40,535 bases of DNA from Sphingomonadales bacterium (GTDB lineage Bacteria; Pseudomonadota; Alphaproteobacteria; Sphingomonadales; Sphingomonadaceae), in the NCBI GenBank assembly GCA_038255245.1, contig JBBSLM010000001.1, forward strand, positions 1 to 40,535, read 5' to 3'. Under the pieces are notes generated by a model. That model ran no database searches, had not been told where the DNA came from, and saw only the letters and a program-made list of their open reading frames with translations. Each line of letters begins with the position of its first letter. Positions within the stretch are counted from its first letter, which is position 1. The translations under genes and the position numbers were made by a program. Below, in pieces: positions 37,514 through 40,535 of this stretch.

Positions 37514-38820
37514 GGTTCCTGCTCCAGCGGACTGGCCGCGTCGGGGATGACCAGCACCCGACGCACGGCATGGCGCTCCATGGCTTCGACCCTCAGCGAA
37601 TAAGGCGCGGCGGGCACGGCAATTTCGTCGCCATTCTGGGGCAGACGGCCAAGCAGGTGCCACACCAGCCCGCCGATCGTGTCGGCACGGTCATCGGGAA
37701 GCGCGACGTCATAGCGATCGGCCAGGGCGGACAAGGACAAATCGCCGCGCACACTCAGGCCGTCGTCGCGCGTGATAACCAGCTCTTCCTCCTCGTCGAA
37801 CTCGTCCTGCAGCTCGCCGAAAATCTCCTCAAGCGCGTCCTCAAGGGTCACCAGACCGGCCACCGTGCCATATTCATTGATCACGATCGCGCTCCGCTCA
37901 CCGGAGGCGCGCAAGGTGCTCCAGAGCTTCGGGACGGTCATGAATTCGGCGATGATCAGCGGCTCGCGCATGATCGAACCGACCAAGGTGCTGGGATCGC
38001 GCTGGACGGCCTCGAACAAAGTCCGCAGGTGAACGACGCCGAGAACCTCTTCGGCATTGTCCCCAGTCACGGGGAACCGGGAAAAGGGGGAAGCGGCTCC
38101 TACCCGAATGGCGGTCGCGACATCCTCCCCCGCGGAAAGGGTGGTCATCCGGACCCGCGGGGTCATGATTTCCCGGACCCTCTTGTCGTCGACGCCGAGC
38201 GCCCCGGCGAGCATGTCGCGCTCTTCGACGTCGATCAGCCCTCCGGCAGCGCTTTCCCGATACAGGCCCTCCAGTTCCTCGGCCGAATGAACGTGCATGT
38301 GGCTGCGGTCGCTGTGCAGCCGGAACAGGCGCATCAAGGCAAACGCCGTTCCGTTGAAGACGAAAATGAATGGCTTGAACACGAACAGGCTGAGCCGCAT
38401 CGGCACGAGCGTCGCCATCGACAGTCGTTCCGGGTAGCGCAGCGCAATTGTCTTCGGCAGCAACTCGCCCAAGACGACTTGCAGCACCGTCACAGCCAGA
38501 AGTACGACGATGATCGCGGCAGTCTGGCCACCCACCGCACCGAGCATTGGCGTCAGGAGCGGCGTGAGTTGCGCTTGCCCATAGGCGCCGGCCACGAGAC
38601 TGCTGATCGTGATCCCGACCTGGCAGCCGGCAACATAATTATCGAGCCGCACCGGGTCCTTGAGGATTTTGAGCAGCGTTTTCGCTGCCCGGTCGCCGCC
38701 CTCAGCGGCCTCCTGCACGCGCGATTTACGCGCGCCGACGGTGGCGAATTCGGCCGCAACATACAGCGCGTTCGCGGCCACCATCGCGAGGATGATGGCA
38801 AAGGGGATAAGCGCATCCAA
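37510..38820 (-). CDS. Hemolysin-family CNNM/CBS/CorC protein (paralog 1)
   Basis: NALYVAAEFA, QVGIT, GELLPK, MTPR, SRFPV, EYG...GLVTLED.LEEIFGE..DEFD. Confidence 0.92.
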   Translation of the reverse strand: MDALIPFAIILAMVAANALYVAAEFATVGARKSRVQEAAEGGDRAAKTLLKILKDPVRLDNYVAGCQVGITISSLVAGAYGQAQLTPLLTPMLGAVGGQTAAIIVVLLAVTVLQVVLGELLPKTIALRYPERLSMATLVPMRLSLFVFKPFIFVFNGTAFALMRLFRLHSDRSHMHVHSAEELEGLYRESAAGGLIDVEERDMLAGALGVDDKRVREIMTPRVRMTTLSAGEDVATAIRVGAASPFSRFPVTGDNAEEVLGVVHLRTLFEAVQRDPSTLVGSIMREPLIIAEFMTVPKLWSTLRASGERSAIVINEYGTVAGLVTLEDALEEIFGELQDEFDEEEELVITRDDGLSVRGDLSLSALADRYDVALPDDRADTIGGLVWHLLGRLPQNGDEIAVPAAPYSLRVEAMERHAVRRVLVIPDAASPLEQEP

Positions 38821-38941
38821 AGGGTGGGAGCCGATCAGTGATAACGAATCGGGTGCGCTCTATCAGCGCCTGCGGAGCGGTGCAAATGTACCCGCGACAG
38901 CACCGAGCCGGTTGGAGGCGGATTGAACGACCGGGAACAGA

Positions 38942-39673
38942 CTAACTGCCCCGCCGCGCCCGCGTCTCGTCAATCGCTTCTTTGAGCTGCTCATACGGCA
39001 CGGCGCCGTGGAAGATTTTCTCGCCGATCACGAAAGTCGGCGTACCGCTGGCGCGGACGAGGCCGGCGAGCTCGACGTTGCGCTGGATTTCCGTCTGGTG
39101 CGCCTGGCTCGGCGCGGCCGGCTGAACGCCTGCCTGCGCCATGGCGGCGCGGATCGTTTCCGGCGTTGGACGGCCGGCGGCGAAGACGGCCTGGTAAAAG
39201 GGCCGGAAGCGGCGCTGGTCGGCGGCCACGAGGCTGGCCAAAGCGGCTTCCTGGCTGGGCGGGCCGAGGACGGGGAGTTCGCGCCAGACCACCTTCAGGC
39301 GCGGATCTTCCGCCAGCAAGCGGTCGATCGCCTCGTTGCTCTGCCGACAATAGCCGCAGGCATAATCGAAGAATTCAACCAGCACGACGTCGCCATCCTC
39401 GGCGCCCGCCCAGGCGCCCTGATACGGCGTCTCGAATTCGGCGCGGCGCGGGCCGATCGCGGCGGCGGCTTCCTTGCGGTTCAGTTCGGCCATCGCCTCG
39501 GGCAGGATTTCCGGCTGTTCCAGCAAAGTGTTGCGCACGACGCGCTTGATCCGCTCGTCGCCGACCCCGCCGCCCAGCAGCAGCATCGCCAGCGCGCCGA
39601 TCGCGATCCCCGCGACGGCCGCAATAGCCAGACCCATCCAGCCGCTGGCACGGCGCTCCCCCTTGTCGCTCAT
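38942..39673 (-). CDS. DsbA-family thioredoxin-fold protein
   Basis: EFFDYACGYC, ELPVLG, GTPTF; N-terminal TM segment. Confidence 0.92.
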   Translation of the reverse strand: MSDKGERRASGWMGLAIAAVAGIAIGALAMLLLGGGVGDERIKRVVRNTLLEQPEILPEAMAELNRKEAAAAIGPRRAEFETPYQGAWAGAEDGDVVLVEFFDYACGYCRQSNEAIDRLLAEDPRLKVVWRELPVLGPPSQEAALASLVAADQRRFRPFYQAVFAAGRPTPETIRAAMAQAGVQPAAPSQAHQTEIQRNVELAGLVRASGTPTFVIGEKIFHGAVPYEQLKEAIDETRARRGS

Positions 39674-39680
39674 CTTGCTC

Positions 39681-40535
39681 TCAATATTGGAAGAGGGGGC
39701 GCGGCGCGGCCGTCGCACTGGGGGTATCGGTGGCGCGACGATTGCGGCGGCCCCGGCGTTCGATTTCGTTGCGCGAAACCAGCAAGATATCCTGCGCGCG
39801 GATCCAGTCGGGCGTGTTGGTCGGAATGCCGGCCATGGCGTTTTGCGCGCTGACCATCGCCAGCTGCGGCTGGCCGGTGAGACTGTAACGTTCTGCCGTG
39901 GCGAGGCTGGCGCGCCCGATATCGCCCTTGCGGTCGTAGACAACGCCGAGCTGATACCAGGCGAAGGGATTCTCATGATCGCGCTGCACGACAGTGCGCA
40001 GAACCCGCTCGGCCTCTTCGAAATTTGCGGGGTCCTCGGTCGCGATCAGGGCGTGGCCGAAAATCGAGGCGATCAGCGGCTCGTTGCGCGACAGGGCGAC
40101 CGCCTGCCGAAGCGCCGACAGGGCTTCGTCCGGACGTCCCGTTTCAAGCAGGATCTGGCCCTTCAGTTCAAGGAAATAAGCATCCTCCGGCGCTTCCGCG
40201 AGCAAGGATTCGGCCGCGGCCAAGGCACGGTCTGGATGCGCGGAGCGGTGCCAGGCATAGGCTCGCGCATAGCGGCCGGGCACCGACTGGTCGCTCTCCG
40301 GATAGCGCAGCAGCACGCGTTCCGGCTCATCGACATAACCGGCCAGCTTGGCCCGGATGCGCTGGAACCGCGCCTCGAGCGCTGGTGGCGTCGGCCGGTC
40401 CCAGGCGGGATCGTTGCGATAGGCGTTTTCCAACGCGGCGATGCGCTCGCGATTGAGCGGGTGGGTGCGCTGATAGCTGTCTTCCTGCGGAATGTTGTAG
40501 CGGAATTCGAGATTCTGCAGCTTGCCGAAAAAGGC
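39681..40535 (-). CDS. M48 metalloprotease with TPR repeats (BepA/YfgC-like), 5' partial
   Basis: THPL..ERI motif followed by TPR helices; frame open to the window edge; usual upstream neighbour of this DsbA type. Confidence 0.85.
   Translation of the reverse strand, partial: AFFGKLQNLEFRYNIPQEDSYQRTHPLNRERIAALENAYRNDPAWDRPTPPALEARFQRIRAKLAGYVDEPERVLLRYPESDQSVPGRYARAYAWHRSAHPDRALAAAESLLAEAPEDAYFLELKGQILLETGRPDEALSALRQAVALSRNEPLIASIFGHALIATEDPANFEEAERVLRTVVQRDHENPFAWYQLGVVYDRKGDIGRASLATAERYSLTGQPQLAMVSAQNAMAGIPTNTPDWIRAQDILLVSRNEIERRGRRNRRATDTPSATAAPRPLFQY

Overview
High-GC alphaproteobacterial chromosomal window with Sphingomonadaceae-like gene content. The core genes are bfd-bfr with a Fur-like box, an iodotyrosine-deiodinase-like nitroreductase, der, bamB/yfgM, panB, typA, cydAB with a DUF2474 peptide, glsA, tRNA-Gln(CTG), ppx, rlmE, two CNNM/hemolysin paralogs, dsbA and an M48 protease. 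Four accessory elements stand out. (1) A 4.9-kb IS1595-family cargo transposon (29365-34252) has 26-bp TIRs and a perfect 8-bp TSD (CGCGGCTG) that overlaps the tRNA-Gln CCA end. It carries a DUF6471-like regulator, a C-protein-like HTH with a C-box, several unknown ORFs, a relic internal IR and a highly structured ~230-nt non-coding segment with a split 15-nt match to the D-arm of that tRNA. (2) An enterobacterial-type trpD-trpCF-trpB-trpA operon lacks trpE/G and is preceded by a Trp-rich leader peptide (absent from the ORF track) and an attenuator. (3) A family of REP-like palindromes includes one copy in frame inside a CDS and two flanking an MFS gene that splits yfgM-bamB-der. (4) A small defence-like patch holds a DUF3883-like nuclease and VapBC. 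All family calls come from motif recognition by eye; no database search was run.
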